A stretch of DNA of 64,000 bases, taken from an uncultured Clostridia bacterium (GTDB lineage Bacteria > Bacillota > Clostridia > Christensenellales > UBA3700). The translations under genes and the position numbers were made by a program. Within the stretch, counting starts at the first letter, position 1. Every line of letters begins with the position of its first letter. Shown here one piece after another: positions 26,479 through 38,500 of this stretch. The DNA is taken from NCBI GenBank assembly GCA_944381275.1, contig CALWKO010000001.1:25342-89341 (forward strand), written 5' to 3'. The notes under the pieces are model-generated. The model had not been told where the DNA came from. It ran no database searches and saw nothing but the letters and a program-made list of their open reading frames with translations.

Positions 26479-26507
26479 CGCATGCGGCGCGGCTTGCGCC
26501 GCATGCG
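26479..26507 (-). promoter_or_regulatory. Perfect 12-bp stem-loop in the 70-nt gap between the two giant genes (not followed by a U-tract)
   Basis: CGCATGCGGCGC (26479-26490), loop GGCTT, GCGCCGCATGCG (26496-26507). On the transcript it is followed by CAAACATAAAGGAAAGGTATTTGGAGGAATAAATTATG. Confidence 0.6.
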
Positions 26508-26513
26508 AGTTGA

Positions 26514-29500
26514 TTATTGTTGTTCGCCCTGATTCGAGCTTTGGGTCAGCTGAATGCGCTTTGCCTGCTTGAAGTTGCAGCCCGCGTATTCCACAAGCGC
26601 GCCGGTGGCGTTGTACTTTGCCACGTCGTAGCCGATGTAGGCATATCCGTAGCCGCCGGTGGATTCCCTGATGACGGCGGGCAATTCGAGCACATAACCG
26701 CCGGTGAAGGTCACCCTTGCGGTAGTAGTCACGGTGCCCTTAGGCACGCTGTCCACCCATTCGCCGTCCACCAAGAATTGCATGGTATCGATAACGCCGG
26801 AGTTGATCTGCACGCTCATTTCGTAACCCGTCCAACGGAAGGAGTAACGCGTTTCGTCGTTTTCGAGGTAGAAGGTCTTCGTGCTGTCGGCAACGGTGTA
26901 CCAATTGCTCACAAACTCTTCCGCCGAGATGAAGTTGCCCTCTTTGTTCCTCCACATCACGCTCACGGATTCGGTTATGCCGTTCTCGTAAGTCACGTCG
27001 ACCGCACCGGGCAACGGGTTGTTCGCGTCACTGCCCGTTACGAGATACATATAGTAATCGTAAGGGTTGAGCACCACGGTATCCGCCGCCGAGCCGTGCA
27101 CGCTGATAGATGCAGGCCTCTTGGTGGGGATATCCACGACGACCGTAAGGTTTTGAGTGAACGCGCCCGCGTTAGCGGCATCTTTGAGCATATCGGTATC
27201 GACGTTCACCGCGATGTCGATAAAGAAGGTGTCGCCCTTGAGGTTGGTGGCGGTATCTTTCCTGAACCTTTTTATCCATTCGCCCAGGGTGATGGACCTG
27301 CCGTCGGTATCTTCGATGTACCTGGAGCCCGTTATTATCGTATCGGTAGTGAGTTCCGACTCGCCGCCCCAAGAGATGCCGCTGCCGTTCGTGAGCACGG
27401 AGCCATCGGCATAGTTGACAAGGAGCGCTTGAATGGCGTTGCTTATCTTGGCGGTGACGTCGATGAGTTCGCCGTTTTCGTCATACTCATTCTGCAAGGT
27501 ATTCATATCCACCGTAACGGTAGGATTGACCAGCGAGCTATCCATGTAGTTGATGGTCAGCCGTACTTTCTTGCCGTTCTTGAAGGTGAGCGTTGCATCT
27601 TCCGTATCCGATTGAGCATAGCCGGCGGCGTCGGACGCATAACCGGAGATGTAAGCGTCGTAGTTGCCGGAAAGATGATCTTCAGAGTTCTGCTTGACCA
27701 CCTTATAACGCTTGCGCTCGCCCCTCCAGGTCGTCATGATGATGTATTCGGGCAGCTCGTCGTAGTAGTAGAGGTTCCAATCGTCCACGGAAGCGTATTC
27801 GTCCCGACCGTCGTGCGCCCAAGGATCAGTGCTGGTAGTGTCGTTGATTAAGCACTTTTCTATCTCGATGTCCATGGTAGCAACTCTGCCGCTGCCGAAG
27901 TTCGCCTCAGCCACTACGGTGACTATAAGACCGGTTGACTCATTAGCCCTACCCAAAGCTGTTGCAAGAAGCTGCCCGCCGTCGACGCCGGAGCCATTAA
28001 GATCGGTGCCGTTTAATTTAAACGTCACGTTTGCACGGGCAAAGCTTGTGCCGTTCTGCCACCTTGCGGTGTAGGCATTGCCGAAGTAGGTATCCATCAA
28101 GTAAGGACCCGCTTGGGTATTCCAACCCATCGAGTATTGATCGAAGACAATCCTGTTGGGCAGGTTACCCCAGCTGACTATGCCGCCGAGATCGTTATCA
28201 AGGCCGCTAATGGTGTCACCCAATGTTTCACTCGTGTTGTAGATTTCAATACGAGTGTAGCTGCGCAAGTTGGACTCGACGCTGTGCCTGTTGATCACGG
28301 TGGTCACGCCGCTGATATCGTTCACGAGCTTGCCGTTTACGTCGTAGCCGCCGCGCCTATACAAGGAGGATCCGTTGCTGGCAAGAGCGCCGCCGTAACC
28401 TGCGTTGCCGCCGTTAGCACCCGTGCCCGGAGTGACTTCCACTTTAGTGTAATCATAATCTCCGCCATATACGCTGCCGTAAGGTATTGCGTAGGTGAAC
28501 ACGGGCATGGTTTGGTAGACTATGCCGCCCGTATTGGTTGCACGATAAGGTATCGTCAAAGTTTCGCCGTTGATCTGCCTACCTATATCCTGACTCGAAG
28601 GGTTGTATTCGTAGTCGGTATCGGCGCCGGAGCCGGGCATATACCAGTTATAGTCACCGCCGTTGCCGTTATACAACGTCTTGGCGTAGTACACATATAC
28701 GTCGTTTACGCCCGTATCTTTGTTATACCTGAGCACCGCCGAGCCGTCGTCGTTACCCATGAAGGAGATGTTGGTCAGCACACCGTTGGACATGTTCACA
28801 TTCAACTCCGCGCTCGTCCATATCGAGATAGGTACGAACTTCGAGAAGATGCTCAGCATGATAGGCATAAGACCCCAGTCACTATCATCCCACTTGGACC
28901 ATTGCAACGAATCGTCATGACTCCTCAATGTCGCCGCGGAGACCGTCGCGCCGGCCTCGTTGACGGCGATGTTCATCTGGTAGAGCAAGTCCGCCAGCAA
29001 GCCGCGCAAGTTCGCCGCCAAGGAGTCGAGCGTGGAAGTAGGATGATTTTGTTCGTTGGTAACAAACGAGTGTTCGTCATTACCTTTACCGTTGCCTATC
29101 AATCTGTTTTCGGACATGTTAGCCCTATCCCACCACATGAACATCAGGTAGTTGATGGCGAAGTAGCCGTTACCCAACGACGCCGTGGTGAGGTCGAGCG
29201 CACTGTTCGCGCCGAAGATGGAGCCGAAGATGGCGTCCACAGCCTTGTTCATCTCGTAAGGGTCGAACCTAACGGTGAGGTTCATTTCACCCGTGGAGTT
29301 GAGGTTGAAGTAGATGCCGCCCGTAGTGGTAACCACATTGCCGCTATCCGAAGGCGTGAAGTTGCCGCTAGTATCATACGAGCCCCTGACCAAGCCGCCG
29401 CCCAGCAACTTCCAGATGTCGATCTCTGCAAGCGCCGCGCTGAAGCCGGTGGGATCGGATTCGCCCGTTACGGTGACGGTATACGATTCGTAGTAGTTGG

Positions 29501-32500
29501 TAGTGCCATGTTCATCTTCCACAGGCACCGTGTATCTTGCGGGGTTCTGCACCGTGTATCCTCGTGCTTCTTGCTCCACTATCTTAACGATAGAGCCGTC
29601 TGGACGGGACACTGTTATGATGTACCTGTCGTACGCTTCTTCCCATGCGGTTGCAACGCCGCTATTATTCCAAGCGGTTTCGTTCATGATGGGATTGAAG
29701 TGCACCTCGTAAGGCTTACCTTGCTGTGCGGCATCGTTTTCGTCGCCGCCTACCGCGGATACAGCCAATTCATAAGGATCGACCGTCACGCCCGTGCCGG
29801 AGGAGGTGTTTCCGCCGCCCGCACTGCCCGCGGAGCCGGTGGAGCCGCTGTCGCTCGAAGCGCCGCCCAAGCCGTTGATGGTGGTGAGCAGACCGTCGAG
29901 CAGATCGCCCAGCGTGCTAGCCAAGTCGAGCGCAATATTGATATTCAGCGGGATTGCCGCAATGTTTATGTTTATACTGCCAAACACGGATACGCCGCCG
30001 CCAAGGTCGATTTCACCGATTATGCCGAGCGCAGCCCATGCTTGCAGCACGATAGCCCTCTTGCACAGCTTGACGGAGATTTGACCCGCGCTTATGTCGA
30101 TATGCACCACCAGGAAGTACTGTAAGTGACCGGTGCCGGTGGAGTCCTGCTCAGCTTCGTTTGTGGTGGCTATGGTCACCACTATGTCGCCCGCGTCGGC
30201 GGTGAAGGCGTTTTGCAGCTGGTAATCGGAGCCGTACGTCTTAGCCGACGTGCGCACTTCCACATTTATGCGGGTGCCGGCGGGATAGGACGCATGACCC
30301 ATCCAGTTGGTGTCGGGAGAGTAACCCTTATATGCCGCCGTATCCATATTGGAGTTGGCAAGCTCAAGCGTCAAGTTGAGCGGCAGGTTGGAAAGCAGAG
30401 CCATTACCGCTTCCGCACCCGTGCCGGAGCCGTCGATGGTGGCAAAGTTCTTGATATTCACGCCGGGCGCGGCGGGTTGATCCATCGCCGTGATGGAGAG
30501 CATCGCTTGGAAGGTGATGTTATCCAACCTCAGATCCGCGATTATGTTGCCTGAAAGCAGCGGCACTTGCAGCTCGAAGTCGACGTCCACGCCCAGCTTG
30601 ATACCGAGCAAGCCGGAGGTGATGGTGTCGAGCACCGCCGTGGTCGCCGATACGAAGATGTTCGTGCTGTTGAGGGACACCGCGTTGAGCAGCATCGGCA
30701 GCACGGTGGCTATATCCAAGCCGCCTTCTTCGCCTGCCGCCTGCTCTGTAGCGGCGGTTTCATCAGCCGCCGCAAGCGCCATGGACTGCACGGCATTCGC
30801 AGAAGCTGCCGAGCCGCCCGAGGTTATCTGCGCCAGGTTGATGGTGGGATATTCGCCCAGCAGCATTTGGATAGCGGTAGAGAGGTCGAGCCCTTCGCCC
30901 ATATCCAAGCCGTCGAACAAGCCCTCGATCGCGCCCGTTATCGCGCTTGTGAGGAATCTGTAGAGCGGCTCGGAAGAAAGCTTCACGCCTATAAGTCCCA
31001 CACCCGTGAGGTCAACGCACACAATGTTGTCTTCCAGGTAGGCGCCTATCATGGTGTTGGTTATTTTATTGCCGTTTTCTTCACCGCTGACGTAGTTGAG
31101 CTCGATGGAAGCGTAGCTATTAAGAGGGCTGCCCCAATCGAGGTGCCAGCTCACGTCGAGCGTTACGCCCATGGCGGAGATGTCATCGGTGTTGATGTAG
31201 ATGGGTGCGCCGATTTCCGTGGTCACGCCCACCGCGGCGAGCACGCTGTTGATTATCGTCTGCAGGTTGATTTCCGTGGTGAACGATTCAATGCCCAAGC
31301 TGAGGGACAGGCTGAAGTCGCCCAGGTACGCCTGCAAGATTTCAAGCACGGTATCGTAGTTGTTGTTACCGATGTTTCCTATCCTGTTTGTGATATCCGA
31401 CGCAAGCGCCACCTGACCGTCCGCCGCGCCTATCGCCAAATCGTCGTAAGGCACGCTTATGGAGATGTTCAAGCCGGAATCGCCCTTCACGGTGACTATA
31501 GCCGTCTGGGGAACTATAGGCGTCTGGGGATCACCGACCACCGGTTCGCCTGCCGCGTTGAACGCGGTCACGGTTACGGTGTATACGCCCGCTTCGGTAA
31601 AGTCTATCTTCTGTACGAAGGAGTTGAGTCCTGCGAACGTTTCGTTTGCAACCTGTTCTCCGTCTACCGTCTTAACCACGTTCACGGTATACGTCGACGC
31701 GCCTGCAACGGGCTGCCAGAAGAGCGTTCTGCCGTCGTTGGTCACGCCCACGGTGTTAGAGGAGCCGCCCGTGCCGTCCGTCACGGTCAGCGAGAAGTTA
31801 TTTTCCGCTCCGCTTACGGGCAGGGTTATATCGCCGGAGATGCCCAGGTTGAGCGTGCGAGATACCGTAAAGGTTGCTTCTGCGGTTGCGGCGCCGCCCA
31901 AGGTGATCTTGTAAGTGCCGTTGCGGCGCATGCCGTAATTCACATAGCCGTCCGTGATGTCGTATTCGCCGCTTGTGATGGTATATTCGCCGCTCGCCAC
32001 GGTGAAGGAGAGGCTATCGGTCTTTTCCACGCCGCCGCTGTTGGTGTAGACCATGCTCAGCGTGTAGTTGCCGTCGGTGAGGCCGTTCAGCTTGAAGCCG
32101 TCCACGTCCTCGTCGCCGTTTTCGTCCGTGGCTATCTGAATTACGTTATTGCCGCCTTCAATACCTATCGTGGTGTCAAGTCCGAGCGCCGCTTCCACAT
32201 CGAAACCGCGCAGGTCGATGGGCAGTTCCACACCCACGCCTTCTAAGATGGCGAGGATGGCGTTGAGCTGCACTTCAAGGCCGAAGCGTTCGGAATCGAG
32301 CACCAGGGCGATGGTGGACACGGGCAGGAGCGTTTTATCGGAATCGTTCAGCTTGCCCATTGCCGCCGTCATTTCACCGCGCGCGATCATGTTGCCGAAT
32401 TCGTCGTATGCCACGACTTCCACGAAGTATTCGCGCGTGTAGGTAGCGTTGTAATAAGTAAAGCTGAGCTGATCGCCTTCCAGCATGAGGTTATCCGCGC

Positions 32501-35500
32501 TAAGCGCCGCTCCGCCCTCAGCCGTAAGACCCACAACGGGATAGGTGGTGGTCATAACGCCGCCGGATACCGCATTGTTGATCCTGTAAGGCAGTACGGA
32601 GTAATTCGCCGCGCCCTCGACCGCGCCCCAGCCCACATGGAAGGTGGAAGTTGCGCCGCCGTATTCGCTGGCCTTGGGAGCGAACCACATATTCATATCG
32701 GCAAAGCTGTTTGCCGCACCGACTGCCGCGGGCGAATAATCCTTAAGTAGTATATCGGGGGTAAGAGTGTCTTCCTCTGCCAGTTCTTCGTCCGTGTAAG
32801 CATAGACTTCCGCGATATAGCCGTAGTCCCAAACTTGTTCGCCGGTGCCGCCCATCATGGGATGAGTTGCGTCGAAGCCATCCTTTGCAAGGAAGAAGGT
32901 GGTTTCGGGCGTCCAGCTCGTGTTCTCCGCAGGTACCGCGAAGGAGCCGGTGCTCTGGAGCGCCGCGCCGTCGGAAGCCCTTCTTATTTCAATGCGGTAA
33001 GCGGTTGCGCCCTCGTAAGCGTCCCAGGAGATCTGCGCCGTGCCGGCGGCAGTCCACGTCCACTTCACGTTGTTCACGCGTGCAAGCTTTGCGTTGTCTT
33101 CTTCCGCATAGACGTCGTCGGGCGTCACGTAGGAAGCGGTGGCTATCGCGTTGGAGTTATTGAGCTGCACGTTGGTGGTGTATTCACCCAGCACCCTGCG
33201 CTCGCCGTTGAACAGGAAGTAGGATACCACCGTTACGTCGAATTGCGAGAACATCTCGATGTCGCCGTAATTGAAGGCGGTGCTCTCCGTCTGAATGGTT
33301 TCGGTGCGGATGGTGGAGGTCATGCCGTTGGGCATTGTGCCCACTACCGTTACGTCGTAGAACACTTCGGGCGAAACAGAGGTGTTGCCCAAGGTGACTT
33401 CGTCCCAGCTGAAGGTGAGCGCGGTGGGTACTCCCTGATCGCTGACCGTTATGGAATGAGTTACCTCAAGGTAGGAATTCAAATCCATAATCGTGCTGAT
33501 GATGTCGTAGAATTCGTTGATCAGCATATCGGTGAACTTGTACTGCGCCGAGATGACGGGCAGTTCAAGTCCGAGGATGTCGAGTTCGGAAAGATCGATG
33601 TAGACCGTTCCGCTGCTGTCGTCCGCCTCTTCCTTGCCGTAGATGCTGATGATTGAGGTGCCCGCCGTTATCGGGTAACGGTCACCCATATTGTTGTTGT
33701 TGACGACCATGTTGCCAAGCTTGATATCGCTTGCCGCAACTATGTCGAGCAAGAACCAGGTGCCCAGCGAGCCGGTGCCCGTGAAGCCCGTTACGTCCAC
33801 ATACATGCCCAAGTTGAGGGTGAGGGCTATGTCCTGCGCCTCGTCGAACGTCCACAGCAAGGATACGCCGTCGAGCGCATCCAAGCCCATGCCCGCGAGC
33901 ATTGCGCCGATGTCGTAAGTGCCCTTGTTAAAGGAGACGTTCAGGGTCGCGGAGATGTTGGTGGTGTTGAGAGCGTCGAGTATAGCGTAGGTGATACGCG
34001 CCGCGTCCACGCCCGCGTCGTTGACGTTGGAGCCGAAGTCGATGGTGTCCACATCGGAGCCGAGTTCGGCGAGCACTTCGTTGATCTCGCCCACGCCCGT
34101 ATTATCGGTGATATAGAGGGTATCCGCCGTCTTGATGCTCAGCTCCGCGCCCAGCCTGAAGGTGGTGTCCCCCACGGGCTGTTCGTACTTGAGGTTGACG
34201 TTCACATCCGCGCTCGCGTCGCCGTTGAAGATGTCCACGGAGGCGCTCACGTCGATGGGTTCGGCGTTGATGCTGATATCGGGAGCGATGACCGCGAGCA
34301 GATTATTGATTATCTGCGGCGTGACTTTCAGCTTGACGATGGTGTTCTGCAAGCTCACCGCGCTGAGGATGGAGGCTATCGCGCCGTTCATCTGCCTGGT
34401 GCCGCTTGCGATCACGGTGTGGTCGACAAGGTGCGCTTCCACCGTTACGTCATACACGCCCGCTATCATAGTGTAGGTGTAAGAAGTGGCGGTTGCGGCG
34501 ATGTTCTGCACGACGAAGGTGGTGCCGTCCTGCAACACAGTCTTTATTTCGTAATGATCTACGCCCTCCACCGCAGGCCAGCTGATGGTGGTCGTCCTGT
34601 TATCGGGATCGGTCACATCGTTTTTAGCCGTGATGGAGATGGAAGGTACCTCCGTGGTGACGTCGGTTGAAGGAACGTCCGCCGAAGGCTGATCGGTGAT
34701 ACCGGGATCGCCCGTTGCGGGAGGCGTTTCGGGCTCTTCCGCGGGATTGAGCAATCCGGAGATGGTTTCACTCAAGTCGATGTCGTATTCACCGAGCAAG
34801 CCGCTGTCACCGGTGGCTTCGGAGCCGAAGAGCAGTTCCTTGAGCATGTTCTGCACGTTGACGATGTAGTCGAAGTTTTGCAGAGTGTATGCCCTAAGTC
34901 CGAGCGCACGCAGGTCGATGGTGAGCAGATTGTCGTATACATACAAGCCGAGCAGGACGTCCTGCACGCCGCCTATATCCGACCTGAGCTGCACCAGGAG
35001 ATCGGTGTTCCAGGGATTGTCGAGATCCATATTCATGGCGACATCCAGGATTATCGTGGTCACGTCCATGTCGAACACTACGTCCACACTGCCGAGGATA
35101 TCGTCAAGGGTGAGCCCTGCGGACACGACTATGTCGCCGGCGATTGCCAGGACGATATCCGAAAGGCTGACCGTGCCGCCCGCAGGCAGCTGATCTTTAA
35201 TCAGCGCGAGGTTGAGCGCGAGCGAAATGCGGGTGTTGAGCAAGGTATCGATAAGCCCGGTGAGGAGCAGATCGCCGTAAGCATTCACCCTTTCTTCAAA
35301 GTTCACGCTGCCGGCGCTGTCTTCTGTGCCGAGCATGCCGTCAAGTTCGCCCTTGATGGCGTCTTGATCCGCGCCCAGCAATTGCGCCGTGCCCAGCGAG
35401 AGCTGCATATTCACGGGCGAGGTGATGTTGCCCGTAACGGTCACGGTGTAAAGTTCGGAGGACGCGCTGTTTTCACTCAAATCAGCGCCCGTGAAGTAAG

Positions 35501-38500
35501 CCTTGCCGTTTTCCACGGTGCCTTCCACTCTTATGCTGCCGTTCTCATTGGTGCTGCCGTTCTCATTGGTGAGGAGAGCCGTGTAGCTCGAAGCGCCCGC
35601 GACGGGTGCGAAGGAGTAAACCAAGGTGGTTACCCCGCCCGCGGTGCTAGAAGATTCGTATTCTACGGAAGACGACTGCGCGGTGGTTGCAGCAAATTCG
35701 TCGCTCGCGTCCTCATTTGTCCTCAAAGGCGCCCAGTTGAGCATGCCGGAGAGGGTCAAGGTAAGGTCTTGGTCCCTCTTCATGCTTGCGCCGAGCGAGA
35801 GGTCGAGGCTTTCCAGCACGTTCGTCACGGTGGCGACGGTTTCGTTGCCGGAGAGCGCGGTGGAGAGCAAGGTAGCCACGGCGCTGAAGCTTGCGCGCAG
35901 AGCGATTTCTTCACTGCTGATGCCGAGCACGATCGCGTCGATCGTGGTGAGTTCGTCATCGCCGTTTGCCAGGTTCATGCCCGCAATATCGCCCGTTTGG
36001 CCTTCGTCCACGGCGGCGTCATCCTGCGCGCCGTCGCCGCTGACCGCGGAGATGTCAAGCCCGTTGATGAGGTCGGTTATCATGCCGTCGACCAAATCGA
36101 ACAGCTCGATATCTATCGTGTAGGCGGGGAGCGTTATGCCCGCTATCTTGAAGTTGGTCAAGTCGAGCAACGCCTTGCCGTCGGTGTAATACAAGCCGAG
36201 CAACGTGCCGGGATTGATGAGGTTGTCGCCGTCGATATACAAGCCGTCAGTGTCGAGGGTGAGCGCAATGCGCATATCCTTGTCGGATGTGCCGTATTCG
36301 ATGAGCAGCTGCAGCCTGATATTGAGCATGAAGGGCGAAGAGATATCCCAATATAGGGAGGTGACTTCGTCAAGTCCTTCCAAGCCCACGCCCGCGGCGG
36401 AGAGTATCTCCGCGATGAGCGCACCCATGTCGTAGCTGCCTTCCGCCACGTAGATGGCAAGTTCCGCTTCCAGCTTGAAGCCGTCGAGCAGCTCCTTTAC
36501 GGAGGAAATCAGGCTTGCGTTATTCTGCAAGTTTATTATTTGAACGTTTTCGTTGAGCGCGCCGTTCACATAGATGGGGTTGGTACCGCCGTTCAACGCG
36601 GCGTTCGCGCCCTCTTCACCGTTTGCGCCCAATTGCAGGGTGCCGGCGAGCCTTACGGTGTTCACGTCGTAGTAGCCCGTCACCCTCAAAGGCAGTTTGC
36701 CGTTGAGTGCCATTTCAAGGTTGGTGGTGGTCACGCCGTCCGCATTGGCGCGGTGAGCGGCGTTGAGCCAAGCAAAGTCAGCAAACGTGGTATCTATAAC
36801 GACGGTGAGCGTGTTGCTCGTTTCGTTGGGAACAATCCATGTTACGCCGTCTTCCTCAGTATCCGCCAAGTAGCTCCTTTCGATAATTTTGCCGAATGTT
36901 GCCGTGTCGCCCGCGCGTTCACGCAGTACAAAGCTGTAATCCTTTATGTTGGCAACTTGTTCGTCGGTGAGATTCCAGCTATAAGTCAAGGTGTTTTCAC
37001 CGGGTGTAGGCAATGCGGTAGCCTCGGTAGCCAAGTACTGCTCGGGATCGCCGTCGGAGAGGTCGAGTCCGATGGACGCGGAGCCTTCGACGATGTCGAT
37101 ATTCACGTTGGCTTCCGCCCAGTCGAAGGACACGCCGAGCACGCCGCGCAGCAGCTTATCCACCATAACCGCACGCGCATCCACTTCGATGGCGCCGTTG
37201 CGGATCTTCACCATGCCCAGGATGGTCTTGAGCAGAGTATAGTTGGTGGCGCTTGCGTAAACGTCCTGTCCGCCCAGGGTGATGGGGGTGAAGGTATTGG
37301 TATCGGCGTTGAAGCTGCGCCCTGCCCTTACCACGAATACATAGTAGGACGGGAACTCCGCGCCGTTATACTTAGAGGTTGCGTCCGCAAGCCAGCCCAC
37401 GTTGTTGAGCGCTTCCGTGCTCACGGTTACGGAGGTAACTCTGCTGTTTACCACAAACATGCCGTCTTCCGTCGCCGTGTATACGAAGTCTTCATCTTCC
37501 GCGAGTGCGCCCTTGAGCAGGTTGGTCTTGGAGTTGTCGTAGCCGTTGTAGAGCTGCAGCATATAGACGGTTGCGGAAGGATAAACGGACCAACTTAAAG
37601 TGGTGGTGCCGTCGCCGTTATCCGTCACGGTCACATACTGCCCGTTTTCCATTAGAGCAAAGCCGTTGCCGCTGAGCGCCACGCCGGGCGTTACGTTGAG
37701 TTCGGGTACGGCGAGGTTCTGACCCTCTACCGCGCCTTCCTCGGCGGGCTTAAAGGCTTCGTTCACAAGGTCATAGAGGCTGTCGACTATCGTATCGAGA
37801 TCAATGTCGATCTTTTTGATCTGATCGATAAGGTCGAACACTATGTTATATACCAAATCGGGGATAGCCGATTGAGTGACGGCAAACCTGCCCAGCGAGA
37901 TGCCGCTGAGGTCGATCACCAAATCCTGACCCTTGAGGTATATGCCTATGAGCTTGATATTGTTGCCGCTATCCTCGATTTCTATGGTTGCGGCGGAGTT
38001 ATCGCGGCTTTCGGAATCTATGTCGAGGTTGATTTTCACAGCCACGTTGAGCCCGGCGAGGTCGAGCATGATCTCGCTGAGGTCGACGTCGATGCCCGTC
38101 TGGTCGAAGATGTAGCCGAGCACGCTTGCAAGGCTGATATAGGTATCGGAGCCTTCTTCCAGGCTGACGTTAAGCGTTGCATTGAGGTTGAGGATTTGGT
38201 CGATGATGCCCTGTATGAGCATGCTGCCCGCATCCTGTGCGCCCTTCTTGATTTCGTCCGCGTCGTCGCGGACTTCATCCGTCCATGTGGGAGTGCCGCC
38301 CAGCTCCACATTGGTGATGCTTATGGTGCCTTCGGTTGCGGCGCCGTCGTAATACATATCGCTGTCGAGCTTGCCCACGAAGTGCAGCTGCATCCACGCT
38401 TCATTTGCGGGATTGCGGCTGATGGTGAGGTCGATATTCGCGTCGTAGTTGCTAAGGTCGGCATTCAAACCGAACAGTTTGAGGAAGGCTTCCACCGCGG

